A DNA stretch of 48,611 bases from Bigelowiella natans CCMP2755 (lineage: Eukaryota; Protista; Cercozoa), in assembly GCA_000320545.1 (NCBI GenBank), contig ADNK01000647.1, positions 1 to 48,611 of the forward strand, written 5' to 3'. The notes beneath the pieces were generated by a model. The model had not been told where the DNA came from, did no database searches, and worked only from the letters and a program-made list of their open reading frames with translations. Shown here piece by piece: positions 25,017-37,710 of this stretch (positions are counted from its first letter, which is position 1; each line of letters starts with the position of its first letter). The position numbers and the translations under genes were made by a program.

Positions 25017-25048
<32 letters not shown>

Positions 25049-28000
25049 AGTGGTGGTGGTGATGATGATGATGATGATACTGCCTATACCATACTCTTGT
25101 AACATTCTGAGAGCTATTATTTCCTCTTGATTTTATGGGTTCATTTTCTTCTTGTCCTCGTCTTCTTTTCGGCACTACCACCCGCCTCTGTTAGCCTTGC
25201 TGCACCATTAGCGTGTCAGATTGCATCAACCTCACATTTAAATTCTGGAATCAGAGCCTACAACAAGCAGGCCCGTAAGTTCAAAAAGAAGTTGAATGAT
25301 ATCCCGGATAGTGATCCATATGACATCAAAAGTAGTCGTTTCGCTTCGCTGCCTGACTCTGCAACTGTGCCTCTGAGCGTACCGAGTAAGAAGAGGAAAA
25401 GAAGTCATGGCAGACGAGTCGGCCATACAGCTTCGGAGCCCATACAACTGGCCGATGCAGGCTCCAGCAAGGAAGAAGAGGAGCGGTCAATCAACCGACT
25501 ATCATCTATCCGTCCAAGAAGGAATACTGGTGGGCATGCGTTACTTCGCCGTTCGTTGAGATTCTATTTAAACACTAGTGGTGCCAGACAGTTTCGATGC
25601 TCCGTGTATCTACATATGTATGTGAGGGTACTGTTGTGTTGTGAAATTTCAATAGAAGTTGCTTGGCTAATTCTTCGCCACCCGTGGTGTTATCGTTGCC
25701 GCCATCAACGTCCTCGTCTATTTCTCACACGTAGAATCAAGCAAGTACAAAGGCGTGACGCGAAATCTAGGCGGATTCACGGCAGTCTATGTCCACGAGG
25801 GAGTTCGAATCAATCTGGGCACGTTCATGTTGGAGCTTGATGCAGCAAGGTGTGTGCTTGTGTAAGGACGGACATGGTGGTTTGGAGCTGCTGTTGTGCC
25901 ACCCACTGAATGGGATATTGTTGGGGTTTTAGGGTTAATGAAAGAGGGGAGTTTGGCTGAGAGAATATGAGTGGAAGGGTGATATGGACGTGATGAATCA
26001 AAGGAGAGCATAAGTGAGATTCGAGACGACGAGCGAAATGTATAGTGGAGCGAAAGAACAAATGTCTATTCATGGACATCGCATGAATCTTTACCCTCTT
26101 ATTACGCTGCCAAAATGACTTATGACTACAACTACCACTATTTCTACTTCTGCTGCTTTTGCTTCAAAACAGGGCCTACAACAAGTATGCAAAACACTAT
26201 AATAAACCCCTCAATCAGCTTCCAAAAGAAGCAACGCTCAATGACGAGGAGGAAGAGGATGAAGAAGAAGGGGATGATGAAGGGGAAGTTGTGAGGAAGG
26301 GGGCAGGGAGAAGGCTGGGAAAGAAACGAAGAAAGGGAGACAGAAATTCCTTTTCATCCCCAAGCCAAGTCGCTCAACTCCACGATGATGATAACACTGA
26401 CGATGAAGCAAGCAGCAGCAGCCATGACTCTAAGCTCGACTATCTTTATCATCGCACCACTCCCAAATGCACACGTCCAGCCGCCAAAATAACGCAGCCT
26501 CCTCGTTCGGCCGGTAGGGTTGGCAGCAGAAGTTCCACAGGATATCGTGGTATCCACAGGCTAAAGGATGGAAACAGGCCATTCTGTGTAAGGGTGTACG
26601 TAGCGAACAAGAAGCTGTTTGGGGGCAAACATCTCACGCTCTTTGAGGCTCTCAGGTAGTAGCAGTACTAGAAGGACTAGTGCGGGTAGTAGTAGTATTA
26701 GGGTTGTTTTGTTTTGGTCGTAATCCACATCACATAAAATAGATGATACTTATCGAATTTGAAAGGAGGGTTGGTGAAGAGGGTTGTGCCCTTTATCTCC
26801 CCCCCATTCCTACTCTTCCCTGCAACTCAACGCTCGGGACATTCCTGAGCGCTGCAGGGCCCCAGGGACGCATCAAAACTCAACAAACCAAGAAATATAT
26901 AGCTCATCCCCTTCCCACTCTCGCGCGAAATGTCTGATACTACTACCACTACTTCATCACCATCCTCCTCCTCCTCTAAGGAATGTGTAATAACACCATC
27001 ATCATCATCATCACTATCATCAGGGCATACAACGCATTGGCGAAGAAGCACGGGGTAGCCCCGCACCCTCTGCCACCACCGCCAGCGAGACTGAAGAAGG
27101 AGAAGAAAACGACGATGAGAAAGGAGAAGAAGAAGGAGAGGCAGAAGAAGCCGGCAAAGAAGAAAAGCAAGGAGAAAATAAGGGCGAGGAAGAAGATGAA
27201 GAAGGAGGCCGGTACTTCTCTTGGCTCCTCCGCGCACTCTCTGCCTCCTCCTTCATACCTGGGCGTCGCCCTGGGTATCACCAGTGGCAAGTTTGAAGCC
27301 AGGATCAGTCTTTACGGGGAAACGCATTCGGTGGGTTGGTTCGAAACTCCCCTTGAGGCAGCAAGGTTGTTGGGCATGCTCTGCTATTGTCTGTCGCGTA
27401 TTATTAGCTATTCTGTGGTCATGGTCGTGGTCGCGGTCGGCATCGATTCAAGCAACCAACCCAGCGTGTGTATTGCTTCCGAGTAGTGGTTGGGACGGGC
27501 GTACAGCGGATAACGAAGATGATGATTATTTCTGTTTTGCGGAAGAGAGAGAGAGAGAGAGAGGGGGGGGGTGACAATGGTGATGATAACGATGATGATG
27601 CAGAATATTCACTTGAATCTGACTTCCTTCTCCATATCCTATTTAGGGCATACAACAAGGTGGCTAAGTTATACGGCCATCCCCTGAACGATTTTTCTGC
27701 TTTGTCTCCTCATCCTCCCCCCAATAACCTCACCACGAAAAATCGATCGAGATCCATCGCCCAGCAAACAGCTCGCGCCAAAAAAAGCAACGGCGGAGAT
27801 GGTACCAAGGGCGCTAAGAAAGCAAGTGGACTGGACGGTCGTACAGGGTCACGAGGGCGGGCGACGTTCAAGAAAGCAATAGGCACCAAGTACATCGGGG
27901 TGCGTCAGAATGCTCCAGACCGCTTTCAAGCGCAAATTTCGGTCGAGGGAAGGACATTGCATATAGGAACGTTCGCCTCGGTCAAGGAAGCTGCCAGGTG

Positions 28001-28608
28001 ATGAATATATAGATAGATGGCGGGTAGATCTAGATCTCCGACTGATGGACGCACTAAACTAAGAGATTTTTTTTTTTCTCTTCTTATTCTTCTTCTTCTT
28101 CCCTGGTACCGTTAGGGCGTTCAACAAACATGCACAATCCCTGGGCAGGCAGGTAAACGAGGTATCCGACTCCGAGGTGGAGATTGGAGAAAATGTAATG
28201 GAAATCGAGCAACAATTACAGGAGGAGGGGGCTCTGCTTAATCTAGCTTGCTCAGGCAGCGAAGATGGTGAGCTCACATTGGGAGACCTTGCGTCAAGGT
28301 TAAAAGCTACTGAGAGAACAGAGAAAGAAGGCTGGCCCCCTCGAGGCGACGATGGCGTGGGAAAGCCGAAGGCGGAGATAGAGGGGAGGGAGATGAATCA
28401 TAAAATACCGACGTGGAACGAAGCATTCGTGGCTTCGATTGGGATCAATGCTTGGCGGAGAATTCGCCCCATCCTTGAGAAGGAGGAGATTGGTATGGAC
28501 GTTGTTGACTCGTGCACCGAAGAGGATCTCAAAGAAATAGGTCTGCTTATCGGAGACCGCAGGCGAGTTGGGAAGGCAATCAAAATTCTTACCAGAATGA
28601 AAAAATGA
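24558..28608 (+). CDS. Putative transcription factor with five AP2/ERF domains and a C-terminal SAM domain
   Basis: ATG 24558. Five spliced AP2 units, e.g. FIGVTRLRKKFQARIHVFGKLVYLGSFDTPIQAAR|AYN and YIGVRQNAPDRFQAQISVEGRTLHIGTFASVKEAAR|AFN. The final exon ends in a SAM-like segment (WNEAFVASIG...LEKEEIGMDVVDSCTEEDLKEIGLLIGDRRRVGKAI). Confidence 0.85.
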
Positions 28609-29657
28609 AAAAAAATGAAGGTCGGATGCTATGTGCGTCACCGCTCGCCGGATCGATTGAGAATAACATGCTTGCATTGAGAAATTCCCTACAGCTTTTT
28701 GATTTATGCATTGCATTGGTATGGCTAGATCTAGTAGATGGCTATATTTGTACTATGTACTGCGCGCTACGCTGCAAAACTCTAGAACTGGTGCGTAATG
28801 AAGTGTATCAAACAATTGGGTACGCGGCCCGGCTAGCCGTGCCAGCGTGGTAGTCTCGCACACGTCCTACTTCGATCCATTACGATGCAATACTAGAATA
28901 CTTGCATCACCCTTGATCAAAAGTGGCCATGCACTGCTAGCTAGCTTGCTAGCAGATCGACAGCAAGTAGATCGCGACGTGCGTACTCTAGCCGCGCTAG
29001 GTCGGGGTGTGTGGGTACCTAGCTGGCAGGCTCTCATTGCGGCCCATCTAGCTAGCTAGCTAGCCATAGCCACATATGCTTGTGATTATGAAGCATGTGC
29101 TGTGTGCCATGCATGGTCTTAGCTAATATATTACACGTTGACTAGAGCTAGAGAGGTTACGTTTGCTGAGCCATTGTGTAGCATGTGTATGTACGCACGC
29201 ACGGTCTAGCTAGCTAGCGTAGCTAGCGGTGCTACGTACGTACGCGTATACGTACAGTGTGGTGCATGCACACGTACTCCAGTACTTACGCGTATATGCT
29301 GATAACCAAAAAAGACAATACAAAGTGACAATTAATAGCATTGGACGTCGTTCATCAATCGATCACCCAAAACTAGAAAATGCTAGAATAGCTACCGCTG
29401 GCGGTGCAAAGCACACCGTCACAGGTACCTGCGTGCGCTGCGCGCTCCAGCACAGCATGCGCAAGTTTCTCACGTGTAATTATGACAGCGTGCCGACCCA
29501 CCGCCCGGCGAATGAATGCAGTGGTGCCATGAACATGCTTACATGAGCGGGGGTTATTCCATAACTACTCGATTTGTAAAACCTCCACTGTTTAATGAGA
29601 ACTTCCCGAAAACTCCCAAACTTCATTACATTGCACTGCTGCAAATAACAACGCCGT

Positions 29658-30749
29658 TTAAGCAAGTCCCGCAAGAGCTTTCTTTTGTTTCTCAGCAGCC
29701 CGAGCACGTTTAGCGGCAGCACGTGCACGACGGTACTCTCCCTCCTTAATAAGCTGCTTAGCACGAAGAATCTCTGCCTTCTCCTTGTGAATGTGTTCCA
29801 TCAAGACACGCTTGTTCTTGAATTCGTTACCCTTTACTTTGTTGTACAATTGATGATACCTAATACAAACGAAAATTTTAGGTAAGCTACCACCCCTACG
29901 ATGGGCTCCGACTAGGTACGGAGAAAGGGCAGGCTAAGTACGTTCTTAAGGAGACAAATACATTACCACAACACAAAATTAATTCCTATGTAGTGCGTTT
30001 GTGTAAGTATTACAAGTGCCTGTCGATCTTTTCCGATTCTCTGTACTTCCTGAGAAGACGACGGAGGACCCTCATGCGGCGCATCCAGATGATCTTGCTA
30101 GGGAAACGAGCCTCACGGGTACCACGGCGCTTACCGTAGCCCATGTGACGACCTTTACGCTTAGCTTCAGCACGTTTATTCACGCGAGCGCGCGAGTGGA
30201 TCTTATTGGGCTTGCGGATAACATATCCATCCTTGATCAACTTGCGGAAGTTCTGGCCTGAGATCAGTTACGCATAAATGTGAGTCACACGAGCGACACT
30301 AATGGCTTTATATACAAGGCGAGTGCAGGGATAGTGATATTTAATCTACATAAAAAGGCCAATGATATTTGTGTGAGTGCAGGTGTTGTTACGCGAGAGG
30401 ATGGTTCATATCATTTCGAATTTATATCCGTTCTTAAGTCATGGCATTCTCGCAAATGCATCAATAAATGAATATGCAGTTTGTTTATTAGTGTAGTGAG
30501 TGTAGTATCAGTAGTGTGGTTTGAAGCTAAAGAGGAATATGGAAGGAGAAGAATGATATCAGAATGTCCTCCCCGTTCACGTTGAAAGTTCATTTTGGCC
30601 GTAGCGCAATGAGAAAATGTATTGGTGCAGAACTTACGAGAGTTCGCGTTGTGGATCTCGGTAATTTCGTTAGGGTCAAGCCAGACTTTCCTCTTACCGC
30701 ACTTCAGCACGCTAGCAGCCAGCCTCTTTTGAAGCTTAAGCGACACCAT
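29658..30749 (-). CDS. RPL19: 60S ribosomal protein L19 (eL19); exons 30749-30638, 30257-30014, 29859-29658
   Basis: [28 protein letters not shown]...NSR|[10 protein letters not shown]...[16 protein letters not shown]...IDRHL|[24 protein letters not shown]; both GT-AG introns keep frame. Confidence 0.98.
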
Positions 30750-31902
30750 CCTCTATGTATCTGATAAAAAATATGGTCCCAATGAGCTACCCAAAATTGC
30801 TTTAAATGCTTTCAGTTTCAGCTACAACCCCGCTCCCGTGAACCAATATATTCACATATTCTAATTCCAACGCCTTATAAAAGAGGTTCTCCGTAAAACA
30901 CTTCTACAAAGGTCTCATTGTTTGCCTCCCCTGCTCCTCACACTCACGCCGCCATACCGCTCTCTTGGCAATTACGCCGACAATTCGCCGATTTCACACA
31001 ATTTCAGATCCAAAACAACTCTTGGCTGTCACAGTATCTTATAAAAAAGGAAACATATGTTAATATTTATATGTCGTATAAAGAATATTGTCTGTATATT
31101 TGTTTAGATACTATTAAGTTGGTGCGCTCTCAGGTAGAAAGTTAAAAGCGAACTTATTTTTTCGTCAGTACGGATTTGTCAAAATATAGGACTTATTCAT
31201 AATACGTCAAAGAGATGTCGATATTTTAAGACTATTACCAGGAGCTCTGCTAGAGAACTTATTACTTTAATGAAATGGTCTTTACTTTAATAAAGCGACT
31301 TGATGAAAATGATCGAAATCAATTTTCTTGAGTCACTGAGTGACAATTCCATCGGTCCTGCTTTCTTTTCTCTACGACAAGATTATTTTGTAGTCGTCTC
31401 ATCAATTATCATATTGTTGACCTCAAAGATTCCAAAAAAAAAATTAAGATCAAAACTCACGCTACATATTTTACCCCTAGTACATCTACACTTTAATATG
31501 AGAAAGGAAGGCTTGTTGTGTGTGATTCTATCAAAAATTAAAGACATAGTGATTGGACAAAGAATGTTGACGACTTTTGATTTAGCTGAAATCTGTAGAG
31601 CGGTAGTTCTCAACAAGCAGGTATTCTTTGGAATAGCGACATATATTATCTCTTGTCGTAGTATCGAAATTTAGAGAATTCCTAAATTGACGGAAGCTCC
31701 CAGATCTACGAGTGTAGCGCCCTTCCCCCGCCTCGCCTCTTTCAAGGTCTTTACGCGTTTTAGTTACCTTCCTGCTCTCCAGATGCATTGTGCATTGGAA
31801 TACCTATGTGCGGCGGTTTGTGCGAATGGCTGTTGTCCTGAAATTAGCTGGTGCGACAATCTGAAACTCGAATCGGTGATAGTTACCTCTATATTCTATC
31901 AG

Positions 31903-32721
31903 ATGGCGGATGGGAAATTTACCCAGGATTTGGGTAAAACACTTGGGGAATTATTTTCAAAAGCTAATCTACGATGGTCATCGAAGACGGTACGTCTTCT
32001 TTTCGATTTGACTGTGCAGTAATGGATTTAATCCCTCTGTAAATGGTACATGTCAGAAATTCAAGCCATCGGCGGGAGAGTGGATCTTATTCGCAAAATC
32101 TGCGCCAAGCATTCGAGTACTCAAGGCTAGGGTGAAAGCAGTCGGAGCGCTGGGTATCCGTCCTTCGGACTTGAAAGACCTTACGATAAAGTCGGCATCC
32201 TCCGAAGTGTTAGGCTTTCTGAAAGAGCTCGAGGAGCTTGTTCAGAAGCACAAAGACCAGATCTTCACTGATCCTGAGAAGGTATAACATCATCTGGGGA
32301 CTCCTGTTATACTGTGGGGGTTGGTGTGTGGAGTCGTCTGTGATGTATTGTTCCTGCTGTGCTCACGCCTCAGGTGCAGGAGATCTCATCCGCGGAAATA
32401 ACTGAAGAGTTAGATGAGGACTACATGCGGAAATTGCCAATCACCTTCATGAAAAACCTCCCAATCTTCATTAAACACTACAAGTACTGCCTGCCAAAAG
32501 TGGCATCGATCCAGGAGCTATCAATACTTCTCAGGAAGTTCGGCTACATCTGGAAGTTCAACGCCATGAAAGGCATGGACGAGATCAAGACATTCCTCAT
32601 CACACCGCCCATCCCTCCCCTTTTTAGTGTCCGTCCCGTTGTCCAAATGTTCAAGATATTGGAGTTGGTGCGTATAAGTGGAACTTGCCTGCTTTCGACA
32701 GTGTTTGCATTGTAGAATTAT

Positions 32722-32762
<41 letters not shown>

Positions 32763-35545
32763 AGTGTCGGAGAACTGCTTGTCTCCAAGAATTCCCCCAC
32801 CAGATGGGAAATGAAATCAGTTAAATAATACCAAATAACCACGTCTTATCCTTCATTGTTTGTACCAGGTGAGAGACGTCTTAAGCACCCCATACGGGCT
32901 ACAGGGTGGAAACGTCACGCAGCTTCTCAAAGATCTGGTGGAGGCGAAGATCTTATCCAAGAGCATAGAAGAGGTCGCTGAGCACCTCGTCAAACTTGCG
33001 ACGGATAAAGATCTGAAGACGTACGTTCAACTCACAAATAACCATATATGACCACGATGATGGATATTGGATCTTCTTTACCATCCTTTTATAGCAATAG
33101 TTGTATGCCGATGAGCACTGGTGTGTGAACCTTCGCTCCAAGAACATTTATCTGTATGCCGATGAGCACTGGTGTGTGAACCTTCGCTCCAAGAACATTT
33201 ATCTAACACAAAACGGAGGGAGTCTTTCCTTTTGTAGACAGACTCACGGCAGGGTATAATCACTCAACAATGACAGGTATAGCGCGATGGTCGCATCGGG
33301 CGAGGAAGAGAAAATACGGCCAATGTACAGCGAAGAGGCCTTCTCCAAGGCAGTGTCGCAAAAGGCCCAGTCGCCACAGCGTAAGAGTATGCAGAATGGG
33401 GCGCCCACCAGAGAGGAGCTATCTGAGCTTGTCGCATACCTCAAGATTCCCTACAGTTGCAACCTTTTCCATCGGAACCTGGACCTTAGCTCCTCCCAAA
33501 CGCTCCTCGCCATCAGTGCTCTCATGAAGCGCTCTGGCGGGTCGATGAGGCACTTGATCGTGGCGCTCGGGATCCTGCAAACGACTGACGTGCGTGTCGG
33601 CGGGTTCGGGGAGCTGCATGAGATGGTCGACAACTCTCAAGTGCAGCTATTCAAGGAAAAGGTGAAAGGCGAGCTCAACGCCCTCGTCCATACCGCTGCC
33701 GCCATGTCCGCCAAGGAGAAGAAGCACGCTGGGGAGGGGCCGGGTTCGGGCGGTGAGGAGGCTGATCTCGATAGCATCGATCCCGAAAAGGAGTTCCCCC
33801 CTGTGTCGATAGAGGTCCCGCGCAACCCTGAGTGCGAGCTCTGGAACGTAGCTCATAGAGAGAAGGACAACAAGATGTATTACTGGCACTCAGAGACGAA
33901 CAAGACCAAGTGGAAAAAGCCCAAGTGCCTGCGCGAACGGGACGCCGCGGTCGCTGCACGCGAGGAGGCTGTCAAGCAAAGAGAGGAGAAGATTGCTGCA
34001 CGGAAAGAGGAGATCGCAAGGCTGAAGGAGGAATTGGTAAAAAGGAAGAAAGAGGAGGACGAAAGGGCCGCCAAAGAACTAGAGGAGCTGCAGCAGCGAC
34101 TGCAGATCGATGATAAGAGTGTCGATGATATAATATACGCGGGGCGGCTGCGCACAGCGGCCATCCTGCCAGCCCTTCAGGATCCCGAACTCGCAAAGAA
34201 GCCCAGCAAAGAGTCATGGCTCTCCATCATAGAGGAGCGCGTGCAAAAGCTCTTCCTCAGCGAACGCGAGGCGTTTCGGAAGGTATGCGAGTTCTTCAAA
34301 TCCAAGACCTTATTCTCGAAGGAGCGTAAAATCGCAGTCCCTAAGATCTACCGCCTCATCCGCGCCGGCCTCTACACCGAGTACGGCCTCGGTGGGGGCA
34401 GCGTCCTCGAGCTGTTGGAGGATCTCCACAAGCAGAAAAAGCTTTACCTAAAGTTCGGCGATCTTGTCGCGGCGGTAAAGAATCTCGCCATCGCGAAGTT
34501 GAGCAAGGACAAGGCCGCGAAGACGACAGCGGTGCTGAACGACCCGGAACGAAGGGACTCGGACATCAACATGGATGTTGGGCCAGGTGGTAGAAGTCGA
34601 CCTTATACATGCTATCCGTAGGATGAAAGTAGAGGGCTAGTGTTGATAGGAATAGTAGTAGTGGTAGTAGTAATAGTAGTAGTAATAGTAGTGGTAGTGA
34701 TGGTTTTCTCGTTCATTGGAGTTGCTGTTTCTTTAACCAACGTCATCGTCGATATCTGCTTAATATCACCACTATCATTAGATTTCGAAGGCGGTGACGG
34801 TGAGGTTATGACTATTGGCGGCGGTGGCGAGGGAAATGGCGACGGCGAAATGCTGAGCTTTGGCCCGGGACGCGCCAGCAATGACGAGGAAATAGTCTTG
34901 ACAATAGGAGGAGGAGGAGGTAGCAATGGTGCCCCCGGCGGTGGTGACGATGGCGACACCTTGTTCACTCTCGGTGGTAATAACGCCAATGCTGGGGACG
35001 AGGACACGTTGGTGCTCGGAGGAGGCCCCAAAACCGACGACGGCCTGAACAGCAACAGCAACAGCCACAGCAACCAGAGAAAACATCAAACTCCTCCCGC
35101 CGTGGCGGCAGACGGCGGCGACTCAAAGAGGGCGAGTGCGGGCAATGCGAAAAGTGTTGAGCAGCAGCAGCAGCAAGTGCCATCCTCGACCGGCGCCAAA
35201 GCAGCTGGAAGCATGGACAGCAAGAGCAGCAGCAGCAATCGCGGAGGTCGAAAGAAACGTGCCAGCACTGCGGGCAGACGTACAACGACTCGCATGAACA
35301 AACGTAAGATCAAGTGGAAGAAGGTCAAGGAGCTCGGCCGTGGTGCGTTCGGGGTTGTAATCTGGGGCATCGACACACGCACCGGGCAGTCGATCGCCAT
35401 CAAACAGATCCGCCTCAAGTCAAAGCAGGACTTCGAGAAGGCGAAGGAGGTGGAGCATGAGGTCGTTATCTTTCCGCATCCACTCACACAACACACACAC
35501 ACACACTCACACACGCGCGCGCGCAAGCGCGCGGGGACATATAAA

Positions 35546-35583
<38 letters not shown>

Positions 35584-36668
35584 AAAATATATATAATATT
35601 TTTTTGAATGTATACATTATGTGCAGGTTAACACCCTGAAGAAACTGTCGCACCCGAACATAGTGGAGCTGTACGCGGTCGAAAGGGACGGCAAAAAGCT
35701 CAACATCATCATGGAGTACGTCCCCTCCAACTCGATCGATTGGGTAGTGAAGAAGATCGGCAAGCTCGACGACGAATACATGTACAAAGTCACTGCTCAG
35801 ATCCTATTGGCGCTGGTGTATTGCCACGAGAACGGCCTCATCCATCGCGACATCAAGGGGAAGAACATCCTTGTAGACAACTATGGCAATGTCAGGCTGG
35901 CCGACTTCGGATCCGCGCTGCTGGCGAGTGACTCGGAGATGCAGAAAGAGAACGCAGAGTGAGTCGTGGTTTTGGGGGTGGGTGGGATCTAGGGGGGGGG
36001 GCTTGCCGACCAACGCGCACAGTCTCACTGCTCCAGTTTTCTCTTGATGCTATTTTCTAACAAGGGATATGCTGCTAATGCTGCTGTTCCACAGGTACAC
36101 ACCGTTATGGGCCGCGCCGGAGATGGTGAAAGGTGATGGCAAGTACACCACCAAGGTCGATATTTGGAGTCTCGGCTGCACAATAGTCGAGATGGCCTCT
36201 GGCAAGGTACGCCATGCAGCATCCATTCCTCGTGAGCGAGAAAAACTATTCGTCAAAGCTTAATTAAAACACACACGCGCGCGCGCGCGCACAAGCACGC
36301 TCACGCACGCACAAGGTGGCAAGGGATTGTTGTATTCCCCCCCTCTATTTTCTCCTCCCTCATCGTTCTCCTCTCGATAACAACATCATCAGGAGCCATG
36401 GTCCGAGTGCAACTTCGCCAACCCATTCATGGCGTTGTACTCCATCGGAAGCACGGATAAGATCCCCAAGATTCCTGAGACGATGTCGAAGGAGGGCTTC
36501 GACTTCACGATGCGTTGCCTCACGCGAGATCCGAGCCTTCGGCCGAGCGCTAAGGAGCTGCAAAAGCATAAGTGGGTCAAGGATGCCCTCAAGGTGACAG
36601 ACTCTGATGACGAGAAGGAGGAGGAGGAGGAGGATGATGATGAGGACCCCTTCTTGAAAGCGAAGTGA
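31903..36668 (+). CDS. MAP kinase kinase kinase (STE11/MEKK-like) with long N-terminal region containing a WW domain
   Basis: Kinase exons 35300-36668: KWKKVKELGRGAFGVV, IAIKQI, LSHPNIV, IHRDIKGKNILV, LADFGSA, TPLWAAPE, VDIWSLGCTIVEM, RPSAKELQKHKW. WW motif LWNVAHREKDNKMYYWHSETNKTKWKKP at ~33835-33925. Upstream exons from ATG 31903 join in frame. Confidence 0.88.
33102..33203. repeat. Perfect 51-bp tandem duplication in a MAP3K intron
   Basis: tgtatgccgatgagcactggtgtgtgaaccttcgctccaagaacatttatc occurs at 33102-33152 and again at 33153-33203. Confidence 0.95.
35485..35595. repeat. Compound (CA)n(CG)n...(TA)n microsatellite in a MAP3K kinase-domain intron
   Basis: Directly visible. Confidence 0.9.
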
Positions 36669-37674
36669 ACGGCTCAACTGATGGGCTCATCAATGCAGCA
36701 CTGGCCATTGGCAACAAACGTTGCGTAGCAGAGATGGGCGCTGTGTGTCATAACGGAAAGGTGTAGACAGTGAAGTGTTTTGGAGAAACCAGAACCGTAT
36801 CGCGCCAGCTGCACTAGTTGCCTAGTTTGTCACAACTAGTGCTGCAACACATTATGCAAAAATACGCAAGAATCAATTTCTGGTAAGATCGTACGGCTGG
36901 CAACGACTACAAAGTTAGTGTACAGAATGCTGCCTTTATTGCTTCCACGTTTGTGGCTGGCTGGCTAGCTAGTGCATGCACAAAGCGCACATTCCTACTA
37001 GATTGCGAGCCGCCACACATTTTTCTGCGTTATTGTCCTGATGACAAAGGTGCCGGCATTTGCCCGCCGCTTGCCGTACGTGCATGCTACAAGCACTTAG
37101 CTGTAAAAAATAATGGAAATTAAAGTTATTGCACGCGCTTGCTAGCGTTGTCTAGCAGGTCATCCCCGTTCTGACCATGCTAGCATGCTAACATGCTAGC
37201 ACGCATGCATTTATTAGACAAACTATCGGATGCAACTTAGTACAAATCGATCATTGCGCAATGATCGTTCCATCGTTATTCTGACTGCATGAAAAATCTA
37301 CATTCCCGATGTGCGGGCGTGCCAGCGCTGCTAGCTAAAGCTTTTGCTAGCTTGTGCATCGCTCCAAACATCAGTCAAGCAGAGCGCCTGCATTTTATCT
37401 GCAGCATGCACGCTGCATGCATGCAGAGCACATTGCTAGAACAGCATCACTAGTTCTGAGCAAACGTAACAATCGGCTCTGAGCTCTCAGCATCGAACAC
37501 ATTAAGTAAGAGACAAACATTGATGATGAAATAGCTTCGACGTTTTTTGTTATGAGTTGCTATGTGACTATACTACCACGCGCGGCTTCGCATTATTGCT
37601 ACAGCATTAGGATTACCATTGACAAAATTTAAATTAATATCAATCATTTCATCCGTCTCATACTGCCACACGCA

Positions 37675-37710
<36 letters not shown>

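Noticed and set aside
24890-28000. AP2 domains as part of an HNH-AP2 homing endonuclease or transposon
   Set aside because: No HNH or integrase motif, no terminal repeats, and the gene has ordinary spliceosomal introns.
30258-30637. Possible snoRNA in the long RPL19 intron
   Set aside because: CTGA words are present, but there is no convincing C box, terminal stem or H/ACA double hairpin.
33102-33203. CRISPR-like repeat
   Set aside because: Two adjacent copies with no spacer, in a eukaryotic intron, with no cas genes.
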